Source of the DNA: Syntrophobacteraceae bacterium
GTDB lineage: Bacteria > Desulfobacterota > Syntrophobacteria > Syntrophobacterales > Syntrophobacteraceae
DNA: 64,000 bases
Direction of reading: 5' to 3'
NCBI GenBank assembly: GCA_025453975.1
Contig: JALOPI010000014.1
Span: 3,668 to 67,667, forward strand
Of this stretch, positions 1 through 9,647 are shown piece by piece. The notes beneath the pieces are model-generated. The model did not search any database, was not told where the DNA came from, and worked only from the letters and a program-made list of their open reading frames with translations. Both the position numbers and the translations under genes were made by a program. Positions within the stretch are counted from its first letter, which is position 1. The number at the start of each line of letters is the position of its first letter.

Positions 1-1320
1 GGCGGCGCCGGGATTCTTGGTCTGGAAGACGAGGCTGATCTTTTCCTCGGGGTAGATGCCCAGGGTGAGCCGGTTGGCGGCCACCCGCTCCCCCAGGACA
101 TTGCGAAAGATGGAGTGGGGCACTTCCCGGAACTCGATGGTGATCTCCGTCACCTTGCGGCCCAGACGCTTCCCCGACGTCAGGAGGAACGGCACCCCCT
201 GCCAGCGCCAGTTGTCGATGTAGATGCGCATGGAGGCAAAGGTGGGCGTGAGGGAATCCTCCCCCACCCCGGCTTCCTGGCGATAACCGGGAACCGGTGC
301 CCCGTTCACGAAACCGGGACCATACTGGCCCAGGACCAGGTTCTCGTAAGGGTCCTCGATGGGGAAAGGCCTCAGGGCACGAAAAACCTTGGTCTTTTCG
401 TCCATGACCCAGTCGGTCTCGAAGCGGGGAGGCGGCTCCATGGCGATGAGGGCCAGGACCTGCATCATGTGGTTCTGGAACATGTCCCGGAGCACGCCCG
501 CCTGCTCGTAGTACCCGGCCCGGTGCTCGACCCCGAGGGTCTCCGAGGCCAAAATGCGGACCCGGCTCACATACCGGCGGTTCCAGACCGGCTCGAATAT
601 GGCGTTGGCGAACCGGAAGATGAGGACGTTCTGAACCGTTTCCTTGGCCAGGTAGTGGTCGATGCGAAACACCTGGCTCTCGGCGAAGCTTTCGTGGAGG
701 GAGCGGTCCAGATCCATGGCCGTCTCGAGGTCATGCCCGAAGGGCTTTTCCACGACGATGCGGGCCCAGCCGTTCCGGCCCTCGCGCTCCGACGCGAGCC
801 CGGCCTCCCCGATGCGCCGGGCCAGCAGCTCGTAGAGAATGGGGGGCACGGCGAGATAGAAGATGCGGTTGCCCATGGTCCCGGCCTCGGCATCCAGGCG
901 TCCCAGAAACGCCGCCAGCTCATCGAAGGACGCGGAATCCGTGTAATCCACCGCCTGATAGTGGAGCCTGGCGGCGAATTCGTCCCAGGCCCCGCCGGCC
1001 CCGGGCGATCCCGGCTCCTCCGCCGGCCGGAGCTTCTCCCGGAAGGCGTCATCTTCCATGGGAGTGCGGGCGCACCCCACGATGCGCAGCCGGTCCGGCA
1101 GCCCGCCGTTTCGGAACAGGTTGAAGAGGGCGGGCATGAGCTTTCTGGCGGCCAGGTCCCCGGAAGCCCCGAAGATCACGAGGGTGCAGGGATCCAGGGG
1201 CTCGGGGGTGATGCACTGCCGTCCCGAAAGCCCCAGGTCCTCCGTCTCGCACGAGGCCGTCGCCTGCCGCACGGGCTCCGATTCAACGTTTCCGGGATGC
1301 TCCCCCATCCTGTCTTCCAT
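1..1320 (-). CDS. zwf: glucose-6-phosphate 1-dehydrogenase (N-terminal ~440 aa; C-terminus runs off the left window edge)
   Basis: Not in the ORF track because there is no stop inside the window. My own translation of the minus strand from ATG 1320 gives MEDRMGEHPG...CTLVIFGASGDLAARKLMPALFNL (G6PD NADP-binding GASGDLA motif). Near 640-660 it gives ...SQVFRIDHYLA (RIDHYLGKE-type active-site motif). The frame stays open to base 1. Confidence 0.85.
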   Translation of the reverse strand, partial: MEDRMGEHPGNVESEPVRQATASCETEDLGLSGRQCITPEPLDPCTLVIFGASGDLAARKLMPALFNLFRNGGLPDRLRIVGCARTPMEDDAFREKLRPAEEPGSPGAGGAWDEFAARLHYQAVDYTDSASFDELAAFLGRLDAEAGTMGNRIFYLAVPPILYELLARRIGEAGLASEREGRNGWARIVVEKPFGHDLETAMDLDRSLHESFAESQVFRIDHYLAKETVQNVLIFRFANAIFEPVWNRRYVSRVRILASETLGVEHRAGYYEQAGVLRDMFQNHMMQVLALIAMEPPPRFETDWVMDEKTKVFRALRPFPIEDPYENLVLGQYGPGFVNGAPVPGYRQEAGVGEDSLTPTFASMRIYIDNWRWQGVPFLLTSGKRLGRKVTEITIEFREVPHSIFRNVLGERVAANRLTLGIYPEEKISLVFQTKNPGAA

Positions 1321-1326
1321 GACTCG

Positions 1327-2247
1327 TCACTCCCCGCCCTCGATGCCCGTTTTCACCACGGCGTGCCCCCCGAACTCCCGCCTGAGGGCCGCCAGCACCC
1401 GATCCGAAAACGGGTCCCGCTGCCGGGAGCGAAACCGCTGGAAGAGGGACAGGGCTATGACGGGGGCGGCCACCGACGATTCCACGGCCTGCTGCACCGT
1501 CCACCGCCCCTCGCCCGAGTCCTCGACGTGTCCCGTGATCCCCTCCAGGCCGGCATCCTTGCGGAAAGCGTCCTCCGCCAGCTCCAGGAGCCACGAGCGC
1601 ACCACGCTGCCCTGGTTCCACAGGTGGGCCACATCGGCGAAATCGAGGGCGTCGCCATAGGGCGAGGCGTCAAGGATCTGGAACCCTTCCCCGTAGGCCT
1701 GCATCATGCCGTACTCGATCCCGTTGTGGACCATCTTGACGAAATGCCCCGCTCCGGCCCCCCCACAGTGGAGATAGCCGTCCGGGGGGGCGAGGGCTTG
1801 GAAAATGGGGGTCAACGCCTTCACGACGGAAGCCTTGCCCCCGATCATGAGGCAGTAGCCGATCTTGAGCCCCCAGATGCCCCCGCTCACACCCACATCC
1901 AGATGCTCGACGGAGCGAACCTCCAGGGAGCGGCTCCGGCGGATGTCGTCCTTGTAGTAGCCGTTGGCCCCGTCCACCACGATGTCGCCGGGAGCCAGGT
2001 GCTCCACGAGCTGATCCAGGTGCTCGTCGACGATGTCGCCGGCGGGCAGCATGAGCCACACGATGCGCGGCGGGGTCAGCTTTTCCACCACTTCCGCCAA
2101 ACCGTAGGCCCCGATGGCACCCTCGGCCGCCAGCTGGTCCGTACGGTCCCGGGTCCGGTTGAAGGCCACCACCTCATGCCCGCCGCCCATCAGACGCCGA
2201 GCCATGTTCATCCCCATTCGCCCCAGGCCGATCATCGCCAGTCTCAT
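1327..2247 (-). CDS. gnd: 6-phosphogluconate dehydrogenase, decarboxylating (short ~300-aa type)
   Basis: 306-aa ORF with MRLAMIGLGRMGMNMARRL Rossmann N-terminus and GAGHFVKMVHNGIEYGMMQAYGEGF, a typical 6PGDH core. GGAGG-like SD upstream of ATG 2247. Stop lies 6 nt before the zwf start. Confidence 0.9.
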   Translation of the reverse strand: MRLAMIGLGRMGMNMARRLMGGGHEVVAFNRTRDRTDQLAAEGAIGAYGLAEVVEKLTPPRIVWLMLPAGDIVDEHLDQLVEHLAPGDIVVDGANGYYKDDIRRSRSLEVRSVEHLDVGVSGGIWGLKIGYCLMIGGKASVVKALTPIFQALAPPDGYLHCGGAGAGHFVKMVHNGIEYGMMQAYGEGFQILDASPYGDALDFADVAHLWNQGSVVRSWLLELAEDAFRKDAGLEGITGHVEDSGEGRWTVQQAVESSVAAPVIALSLFQRFRSRQRDPFSDRVLAALRREFGGHAVVKTGIEGGE

Positions 2248-2287
2248 GTGCTCCCGCCTCCGTGAAAGATCAAGGAAGTCTCACGCT

Positions 2288-2995
2288 TCAGGTTCGAGGA
2301 TTCCCTCTCCTCAGCTCCCGGACGCCGTCGGGGCCGGCCACCACGACGTCCGTGGCCAGGTCGACGAAAAGCCCGTGCTCCACCACTCCCGTCCTGCCCT
2401 TGATGCGCCCGGCCAGTGACGCCGGATCCTCGATGGGCCCGAAGTCGCAGTCCAGGATGACATTTCCTTGCTCCGTGACGAAGGGAGAGCCGGCCCCGTT
2501 CCTCCGAACCGCCACGCGTCCGCCGAGGCTCTCGAGATACCCCGCCTGAACGGACCAGCCGAAGGGGACGACCTCCACCGGAACCTTGTGCCTCGAGCCC
2601 AGCTTCTGAGAGAGCTTACCCTCGTCCACGATGATGACCTCGCGGCGGCTGGCCTCGGCGACGATCTTCTCCCGAAGGAGGGCCCCTCCCCCGCCCTTGA
2701 TGAGGTTGAGCCCCGGGTCCACTTCGTCGGCCCCGTCGATGGTGACGTCGATGACCGGATGGGTCTCCAGGGTCGTGAGTGGTATCCCAAGCGACTGGGC
2801 CAGGGCCTGGATCTCCCGTGAGCAGGGAATGGCCACGATGTCTCCAATGACTCCCGCCCTCAGGAGGGAGGCCAGGCCCCGGACCGCGAAGGCGGCCGTG
2901 CTCCCGTGCCCGAGCCCCACGACCGTGCCCGACTCCAGGAACCGGAGGGCGTGCTCGGCCGCCGCCCGCTTGAAAACACCGTCATCCCCGCTCAC
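2288..2995 (-). CDS. rpiA: ribose-5-phosphate isomerase A
   Basis: 235-aa ORF with GLGHGSTAAFAV, DGADEVDPGLNLIKGGGGALLREKIVA and VVEHGLF, all RpiA signatures. GTG start at 2995 preceded by GAGGAGA. Confidence 0.9.
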   Translation of the reverse strand: MSGDDGVFKRAAAEHALRFLESGTVVGLGHGSTAAFAVRGLASLLRAGVIGDIVAIPCSREIQALAQSLGIPLTTLETHPVIDVTIDGADEVDPGLNLIKGGGGALLREKIVAEASRREVIIVDEGKLSQKLGSRHKVPVEVVPFGWSVQAGYLESLGGRVAVRRNGAGSPFVTEQGNVILDCDFGPIEDPASLAGRIKGRTGVVEHGLFVDLATDVVVAGPDGVRELRRGNPRT

Positions 2996-3005
2996 CCCCG
3001 TCTCC

Positions 3006-5027
3006 TCACTTCAGTAGCCCGCGAGCGGCCCGGACGACCGCGTCGGCGGTGATTCCAAACCTGCTGTAGAGCACTTCCGCCGGAGCGCTGGCGCCGAAGC
3101 CATCCAGGCCCACCACCGCACCCGAAAGCCCCACGTAATGCTCCCAACCCAGCCGTATCCCCGCTTCCACCGCAACGCGGGCCTCCACCGCCGCGGGGAG
3201 CACACTCTCCCGGTATTCGGCGGGCTGCGCGTCGAACAGCTCCCAGCTGGGCATGGAGACCACGCGCACCCGCCGGCCCTCGGCCGCCAGCCGACGGCCC
3301 GCCTCCAGGGCCACCGAAGCCTCGGACCCCGTGCCGATGAGGATCAGCTCCGGGAGGCGGCCCGGAGCCGGGGCGAGCTCCCACAGGATGTAGGCGCCCC
3401 GGTGCAGCCCCCGGGCCGGCGCGCAAGAATCCCGGTCCAGGAGCGGAACATCCTGGCGCGTCAGGACCAGGGCCGTGGGGCCGTCTCTCCTGAGAAGGGC
3501 CGCGCGCCAGGCTTCGGCCGTTTCCGCCGCGTCGGCGGGACGGATCACCGTGAGCCCCGGCACGCTCCTCAATCCCATGAGCTGCTCGACGGGCTGATGG
3601 GTGGGGCCGTCCTCGCCCAGCCCTATGCTGTCGTGGGTGAAGACGTAGACCACCCGGATCCCCATCATGGCGGCCAGCCGCATGGGCGGCCTCATGTAGT
3701 CCGAAAAGGTGAGGAACGTGGCCGTGTAGGGGATCACCCCCCCGTGGAGGGCCATGCCCCCCGCCACGGCCCCCATGGCATGCTCCCGCACTCCGAAATG
3801 CAGGTTGCGGCCTCCCGGAGCCCGGGCGTCGAAATCGGGGTGGCCCGAGAGGAGCGTCTTGGTGCTGGGGGCCAGGTCCGCCGAGCCGCCGAAGAGAGCC
3901 TCGACGCGACCCGCCAGGGCGTTGAGCACCATGCCCGAGCTGACCCGGGTGGCCATGGGCCTGGATCCGGGGGGGAAAAGATCCTCCAGGCCGACATCCC
4001 AGCCGGGGGGAAGACTGCCGGCGAGCTCCCCCAGGAACCGTTCCGCTTCCTCCGGGTAAGCGCTCCCGTAGCGGGTGAGCCGCGCTTCCCACTCCAGCTC
4101 GGCCTGGCGACCGCGATCCAGCGCCTTTCCCATGTGGGCCGAAACGGCTTCGGGAACCAGGAAGCGCGGCTCCCGGGGCCAGCCCAGGGCCTCCCGGGCC
4201 GCCTCCAGCCCGGCCTCCCCCAGGGGCTCCCCATGCACCTTGGCCGTCCCCTGCCGGGGGCTTCCGTAGCCGATGACCGTCCTGCAGAGGATGAGGGAAG
4301 GCCGACCGTCGTCGGCCCGCGCCTCGGCGATGGCGGCCTCGATGCCATCCAGGTCCAGCCCGTCCACGGGGCCCACCACTCCCCACCCATAGGCCTCGAA
4401 CCGCCGGGCCACGTCTTCTCCAAAGGCCAGGTCCGTCGAGCCCTCGATCTGGATGCCGTTGTCGTCATAGAGGGCAATGAGCTTACCCAGCCCCAGCGTG
4501 CCCGCCAGACTGGCGGCCTCGGCGGCCACGCCCTCCTGAAGGTCGCCGTCGGAGACCAGGGTGTAGGTCCAATGGTCCACGATGTCGAAGCCCGGCCGGT
4601 TGTAACGCTGAGCCAGCCAGCGCTCCGCCAGGGCCATCCCCACGGCGTGGGCGAGCCCCTGCCCCAGGGGTCCCGTCGTCACTTCCACCCCCGGCGTGGG
4701 ACCGCGCTCGGGATGCCCCGGCGTCCGACTCTCCCATTGGCGAAATCGCCGGATCTCCTCCAGAGGGAGGTCATACCCCGTGAGGTGCAGCAGGGAGTAG
4801 AGCAGCATGGAGGCGTGGCCGGCCGAGAGGACGAACCGGTCGCGGTCGGGCCATCGTGGATGGGCGGGATGGTGCTTCAGGAACCGGTCCCACAGCACGT
4901 AGGCCAGGGGGGCCGCCCCCATGGGCGCACCGGGATGGCCCGACCGCGCCTCTTGCACGGCATCGGCGGCCAGGAAACGGATGGTGTTGATGCACAGCTG
5001 ATCCAGCTCCATCTGCGACGACGACAT
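3006..5027 (-). CDS. tkt: transketolase
   Basis: 673-aa ORF with [36 protein letters not shown] (ThDP-binding), [13 protein letters not shown] and [20 protein letters not shown] motifs. Confidence 0.95.
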   Translation of the reverse strand: MSSSQMELDQLCINTIRFLAADAVQEARSGHPGAPMGAAPLAYVLWDRFLKHHPAHPRWPDRDRFVLSAGHASMLLYSLLHLTGYDLPLEEIRRFRQWESRTPGHPERGPTPGVEVTTGPLGQGLAHAVGMALAERWLAQRYNRPGFDIVDHWTYTLVSDGDLQEGVAAEAASLAGTLGLGKLIALYDDNGIQIEGSTDLAFGEDVARRFEAYGWGVVGPVDGLDLDGIEAAIAEARADDGRPSLILCRTVIGYGSPRQGTAKVHGEPLGEAGLEAAREALGWPREPRFLVPEAVSAHMGKALDRGRQAELEWEARLTRYGSAYPEEAERFLGELAGSLPPGWDVGLEDLFPPGSRPMATRVSSGMVLNALAGRVEALFGGSADLAPSTKTLLSGHPDFDARAPGGRNLHFGVREHAMGAVAGGMALHGGVIPYTATFLTFSDYMRPPMRLAAMMGIRVVYVFTHDSIGLGEDGPTHQPVEQLMGLRSVPGLTVIRPADAAETAEAWRAALLRRDGPTALVLTRQDVPLLDRDSCAPARGLHRGAYILWELAPAPGRLPELILIGTGSEASVALEAGRRLAAEGRRVRVVSMPSWELFDAQPAEYRESVLPAAVEARVAVEAGIRLGWEHYVGLSGAVVGLDGFGASAPAEVLYSRFGITADAVVRAARGLLK

Positions 5028-5064
5028 ACGCTCGACTCCTCCATGGAATGGGCATCCACTACAC

Positions 5065-6433
5065 TCAATAATCCGACAAACCCGCCTCCCCCGCCCTCAG
5101 CTCGCAGGCACGGCCCTTCAGGTTGAAGAAAAACTGGAGCTTCCTGCGGACTGACTCGGAGAAAAGCTTGGGCGCCAGCAGGCTTCCCGCCACCCGCTTG
5201 TTGATCTCCGCCAGGGTAGGATACGGGTGCACGGCCCCGGCCAGGGTCGTGAGCTTGACTTTCCCGTTGAGCGCGGCCACCCACTCGCTGATGAGGTCCC
5301 CGGCGTGGGGGCCGAGGATCTGAACCCCGACGACGTTCTCCCGCTTGTCGACGACCATCTTGAGGACGCCCGTATCGTAGCCTTCGGCCAGGGAGCGGTC
5401 GTTGCTCCTGAACTCCTCCCTCCAGACCCTGTACTCGATGCCCGCCTTGCCGGCCGCCGTCTCGTTCATGCCGATGGAAGCCAGCTCCGGGTCGCAGTAC
5501 GTGGCATGGGGAAACCAGGTGTAGTCCGTTTTGCGCGGCAGACGCAGGACGGCGTTGGCCACGACGACGCCGCCCTCGTAGCCGGCGGCGTGGGTGAAGG
5601 GGTATTGCCCGATCACATCCCCGGCGGCGAAAATGTGCTTCTGGGAAGTGCGCAGCCGGGCGTCCACCTCGATGCCCCGCGGGCCGTAGTCGACTCCGGC
5701 GCTCAGCAGGCCCAGGCCCTCCACGTTGGGGGAGCGGCCCAGGGCTACCAGGATGGCCTCGGCTTCCAGGGTCTGGTCGAAGCCGTCCCCGTCCTCGAAC
5801 AGCACTTCCCTGGCATGCCCCAGATCACGAACCTTCATGACGGCCGTGTTGAGATGCACGGTCACCCCTTCCCCCACGAGGCTCGCCATGACCGCCTCGG
5901 CCATGTCCGGGTCCTCCCGCGCCAGGATCTGGCCGGCCCGCTGGAGGATCGTCACCCTGCTGCCGAGGCGTCCGAAAGCCTGGGCCATTTCAACACCCAC
6001 GGGTCCAGCCCCCAGGACCACCAGGGACCGGGGAAGAGCATCGAGGGAGAAGACCTCCCGGTTGGTCAGGAAAGGGGTACTCTCGAGGCCGGGAATCTCG
6101 GGGACGGAGGATGAAGAGCCCGTGGCGATGACGCTGGATACGGTCGATGACGCCTTGAATTCTCGACGAGACCTTCCTGAATTCCACCGGCGGGATCTCC
6201 ACTTCGGGGAGCCCGAACCGGGCCGCATGCTTCATGAGATGATACACCCGGGCCGACCGGAGGAGAGTCTTGCTCGGCACGCAGCCGTAGTGGAGGCAGT
6301 CCCCTCCCAGGCGTCCCTCCTTTTCGATGAGAAGAGTGCTGGCTCCCAGCTGGCTCACGCCCGCCGCGACGGTCAGCCCGGCGGCCCCTCCTCCAATGAT
6401 TCCGATGTCGTGGTCATATTTGGCCATTGGCAA
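5065..6433 (-). pseudogene. FAD-dependent pyridine nucleotide-disulfide oxidoreductase (dihydrolipoyl dehydrogenase / mercuric-reductase-like), disrupted by internal deletion plus frameshift
   Basis: Two overlapping minus-strand ORFs. ORF 5990-6433 encodes the FAD-binding N-terminus ([11 protein letters not shown], redox-active [13 protein letters not shown]). ORF 5065-6228 encodes the remainder ([46 protein letters not shown]). The frames switch within a few nt between ...GVIDRIQ and VIATGS. Confidence 0.7.
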
Positions 6434-6577
6434 CCTCCCTCTTCAAGCAGACGGTCCAATGAGGCTTCTGATTCCCACTATAAGTATCCCGTGGCGTGAC
6501 TGCCCGAGGAAGACGCGCATCCGCACCAGGCTCCGGGCTTCCAGCTGGAGGCTGGCCGCCATCATGGCCCGGCTCCC

Positions 6578-7255
6578 TCAGCGCCTTTCGCCGGGCACCC
6601 GTCCTGAGCGCGCCGCCCGCGCCCTGGGCGCTCCGGCCGTAGCCGTGGTCCGCTCCCACAGCCGCTCCAGATCGTCGACGGTGTCCACGTCATCCCACGG
6701 CGGAAGGATCCGAAAGCTCAGGCCGTTCTCGACCAGGAGACCGCACGTTCGCCAAAAGACGGACGGGGCGCTCCAGGCCACCCCTTGGAACACCGCCCGG
6801 CGGAAGCCCCGGGAGCGAAAGCCGATGAGGTAGTACCCGCCGTCCCCGGAGGGACCGATGACGGCATCCGCCGAGCCCAGGGCCTCGAAGCTTTCCTCGA
6901 TTCGGTCGGCCGGCAGGTCGGGAATGTCGCTCCCGATGAGGACCGCCTGCCCGCAGCCCCTCTCGAAGGCCCTCTGAAAAGCCATGGACATGCGCTCCCC
7001 CAGGCCGCTCCCCTCCTGAGCCCCATAGGCATGATCCCCCCCGAGCCAGCGCCGGGTATTGTCGAGGGCATCGGGCTCCGAAACCAGCACGGTCAGGGGA
7101 TGGGAGGTGGAACGGCACACGGCGAGGACGTCCTCCACGAAGGCCCGGTAGAGCCGAGCCGCGGCACGGTCTCCAACGCCGGCCGCCAGGCGGGTCTTGA
7201 CCCGCCCGGGCTCCGGGTATCTCACGAATACGAGGATTTCGCGCCGGGGGCTCAT
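6578..7255 (-). CDS. DUF2064-family protein (glycosyltransferase-like, TIGR04282-type)
   Basis: 225-aa ORF with ILVFVRYPEPGRVKTRLA, LIGSDIPDLP and IGPSGDGGYYLIG, the characteristic DUF2064 pattern recognised from memory. Confidence 0.65.
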   Translation of the reverse strand: MSPRREILVFVRYPEPGRVKTRLAAGVGDRAAARLYRAFVEDVLAVCRSTSHPLTVLVSEPDALDNTRRWLGGDHAYGAQEGSGLGERMSMAFQRAFERGCGQAVLIGSDIPDLPADRIEESFEALGSADAVIGPSGDGGYYLIGFRSRGFRRAVFQGVAWSAPSVFWRTCGLLVENGLSFRILPPWDDVDTVDDLERLWERTTATAGAPRARAARSGRVPGERR

Positions 7256-7272
7256 GGAGGCAGGCGCCTTTT

Positions 7273-7656
7273 TCAGTCGATGAGCGGAAACCTGGCGGTG
7301 TCCGGACTCGAAGGGTCGCGAGGCTCGGTGCTGAACGCCACGAGGATACCCGGCTCACCGCCGGTGCACTGGATGGCATGGGGAACGCCGGGAGGAAACC
7401 GCAAGCGCAGCGCTCGGCCATCCGGGACCCGCGTGTCGACGATCCGCCCGTCCTCTCCATGTCGGACCAGGGCGGGTCCGAGGACCACCACCGTCTCGGT
7501 CCCCTTCAGATGATGATGGTTGCCCCGCACTTCCCCCGGCAGGGTGAGGACCACGTGCACGTTGCCCTGGCACCGCGGCTCGTCGCCCGGCAAAGGCTCA
7601 AGAACAAAGCCGCGCGCATCCCCGTGGAGCGCCACCTCCTCCATACACACCCTCAT
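7273..7656 (-). CDS. cupin-fold protein
   Basis: 127-aa ORF with GEVRGNHHHLKGTETVVVL...PPGVPHAI, which resembles a cupin metal-site motif pair. Start choice is uncertain (7656 or 7644). Confidence 0.5.
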   Translation of the reverse strand: MRVCMEEVALHGDARGFVLEPLPGDEPRCQGNVHVVLTLPGEVRGNHHHLKGTETVVVLGPALVRHGEDGRIVDTRVPDGRALRLRFPPGVPHAIQCTGGEPGILVAFSTEPRDPSSPDTARFPLID

Positions 7657-7837
7657 CCGAAGGCTCCCCGTACAACGGCCAGCGCAAAAAGCCAGGATCG
7701 ATCACCTTGACTTGAAACCATCCTACCACAGCTCGACAGGGAAGCGAAGAGCGGCCGCGCACCTCGCCCAGGCCCCGCCCCACGACCTCGACTCCCCGGT
7801 TCCGCCCGCTGCATTGCGCCGGCAAAGGCACCTTGAC

Positions 7838-9022
7838 ATGAGTCTCCGTTCATGGTCTGTGGCCTGGGGAGAGCAGGGGTATCGAGGACGGAAACCGGGG
7901 AGGCGGACCGTGGCGGATGAGAGCAGGCGAGAGCATTTCTTTCAGCGGATGGTGGACATCCTCAACGGGGGCGCCCTGAGCCTGGCCATCGCCATCGGTT
8001 ACCGAACGGGGCTCTTCGATATCCTGGACTCGCTCCGGGAGCCCCGGTCGGCCGGGGATATCGCGGGGGGAGCGGGCCTGAGCCCCCGCTATGTCTCGGA
8101 ATGGCTCGGGATCATGGCTGCGGGGGGCATCGTGGAGCTGTCATCCCACCCCCAGGGCGAGGACCTGTTCTTTCTGCCCGAAGCTCACGGGGACATCCTG
8201 GCCCGGCGCGCCGCCCACAACAACCTCGGGGTTTATGCCCAGGAGATCCCGCTTCTCACGCTCTGCGCCCAGGATGCGGTCATGGAGCGTTTCACCACGG
8301 GAGATGGGATCGGCTACGATCACTATCCCCGATTCCAGGCCTTCATGTCGGAGCTGGCCAGCGCCAAGCACCGCCGCGTCCTGGTGAGGGAGTTTCTGCC
8401 CTCGGTGGACGAGGGCCGCATGGTGAAGCGGCTGGAGGAAGGCATCCGGGTCTGCGACCTGGGGTGCGCCGAGGGGGTGGCCCTGCTCCTCATGGCCAGG
8501 GCCTTTCCAAACAGTCATTTCACGGGGATCGATCTTTCGGAGGAAGCCATCGGAGTGGCCCGCCAGGAGGCCCGTGGCCAGGGAATCGCCAACGTGGAGC
8601 TTCTCGTCCTGGATGCCGCCACCATCCGACATCGGGAGGATCTGAAAGGCCGCTTCCACTACGTGACGGCCTTCGACTCGATCCATGATCAGTCCCGCCC
8701 CCTCGAAGCCCTCCAGGGGGCTCTCCACATGCTGGCCGGGGACGGACTCTTCTCCATGGTGGACATCGCCGCCAGCTCGCGCCTGGCGGAGAACCTGGAT
8801 CACCCCATGGGAGCCTTCCTGTACACCGTGAGTCTCATGCACTGCATGCCGGTGGGGCTCCAGGGAGGAGGCCCGGGACTGGGCATGATGTGGGGTCGTC
8901 AGAAAGCGGTGGCCATGCTGCGGGAAGCCGGATTCGAGGCGGTGACCGTCACGGAGATCCCCAACGATCCGTTCAATCTGCATTTCCTCGCCCGGCCCAG
9001 GAAGACGCCGGCGGGATGCTGA
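7838..9022 (+). CDS. class I SAM-dependent methyltransferase with N-terminal winged-helix domain
   Basis: Only the C-terminal 394 aa of track ORF 7520-9022 look coding. LAIAIGYRTGLFDIL...LSPRYVSEWLGIMAAGGIVEL is wHTH-like, and VCDLGCAEGVALLLMA is SAM motif I. ATG 7838 is chosen; ATG 7949 is an alternative. Confidence 0.8.
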   Translation: MSLRSWSVAWGEQGYRGRKPGRRTVADESRREHFFQRMVDILNGGALSLAIAIGYRTGLFDILDSLREPRSAGDIAGGAGLSPRYVSEWLGIMAAGGIVELSSHPQGEDLFFLPEAHGDILARRAAHNNLGVYAQEIPLLTLCAQDAVMERFTTGDGIGYDHYPRFQAFMSELASAKHRRVLVREFLPSVDEGRMVKRLEEGIRVCDLGCAEGVALLLMARAFPNSHFTGIDLSEEAIGVARQEARGQGIANVELLVLDAATIRHREDLKGRFHYVTAFDSIHDQSRPLEALQGALHMLAGDGLFSMVDIAASSRLAENLDHPMGAFLYTVSLMHCMPVGLQGGGPGLGMMWGRQKAVAMLREAGFEAVTVTEIPNDPFNLHFLARPRKTPAGC

Positions 9023-9085
9023 ATTCCAGCTGAATCGAGGATGAGCGCGGTGAGGGTCATGGACGGGATGGGGTGATGGCGGGGT

Positions 9086-9114
9086 GGGATGCCCTTCTTC
9101 CCGAGGGGCATCCC
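9086..9114. terminator. 9-bp perfect stem-loop between convergent genes (possible bidirectional terminator, no U-tract)
   Basis: GGGATGCCC (9086-9094) pairs with GGGCATCCC (9106-9114) around an 11-nt loop. It sits between the methyltransferase stop (9022) and the stop of the minus-strand small ORF (9149). There is no T-run on either strand, so the function is uncertain. Confidence 0.3.
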
Positions 9115-9148
9115 GATCCGTTGGACTAATCCGGGAATCCTCCCGGCA

Positions 9149-9367
9149 TCAGTCGAAAGACAGGTCGGAGTGACTCGTGTATCGGCCCGCGCGCTTTTTG
9201 GGAGCAGCCTGGGGGCTTTCGGGCCTGCCGGCCACCAGATCGGTTTCGGCATTGAGCACATCGTCCATCATGAATTCCACGGGCCGGCCGGCGCCGTCAC
9301 GGTAGACGGCGGCTTTTGCCCCATAACGCAAGATACCGAGCTTCTGCAGAAGACCAAGAATCTTCAC
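9149..9367 (-). CDS. small hypothetical protein (~72 aa)
   Basis: In-frame GTG at 9367 is preceded by GGAGGA with about 6 nt spacing. Product is VKILGLLQKLGILRYGAKAAVYRDGAGRPVEFMMDDVLNAE... I recognise no family. Confidence 0.35.
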   Translation of the reverse strand: MKILGLLQKLGILRYGAKAAVYRDGAGRPVEFMMDDVLNAETDLVAGRPESPQAAPKKRAGRYTSHSDLSFD

Positions 9368-9647
9368 GGTCCATCCTCCCTCATGAGTCCCTTCAAAGGT
9401 TAGGCTCCCCGCGGCGCACCCCTCCCGCTCCTCGGGAGCCCGGATGACGCCGTCCCCCATTTTGTCGGCCCGGGTGGGCAATCCCTTGAGGAGGAAGCTC
9501 TTTCCCGCCCACTGGCTCCGCCGGGGACTGTCGCGTGAAGCGGCTTTGAAGGCGCTCCTGGAGCCGCATGATCCAAAAAGCACTCAGATGCTCCGCCCTC
9601 CGTGCCGTTTATACGGGGTAAAACGGACCCGTGACCCCGTGACCCCA

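Noticed and set aside
115-2265. 716-aa plus-strand ORF, the longest ORF at the left end of the track
   Set aside because: It is antisense to zwf and gnd, which carry unambiguous enzyme motifs on the minus strand. Its product is Arg/Gly/Pro/His-rich with no recognisable motif. This is a typical high-GC shadow ORF.
2285-2305. GGTTCGAGGATTCC, which resembles a tRNA T-arm
   Set aside because: It lies inside the rpiA C-terminal coding sequence, and no acceptor or anticodon arms can be built around it. I found no tRNA, rRNA, tmRNA, RNase P or SRP RNA signatures anywhere in the window.
3138-5126. 662-aa plus-strand ORF
   Set aside because: It is antisense to transketolase, has a low-complexity Arg/Gly/Pro-rich product, and has no SD.
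9475-9489. Sigma-54-like promoter TGGGCA-N5-TTGA upstream of the HEAT/HD-GYP operon
   Set aside because: The spacing fits the -24/-12 geometry, but the -12 element is TTGA rather than TTGC and the -24 element is imperfect. It is too weak to call without TSS data.
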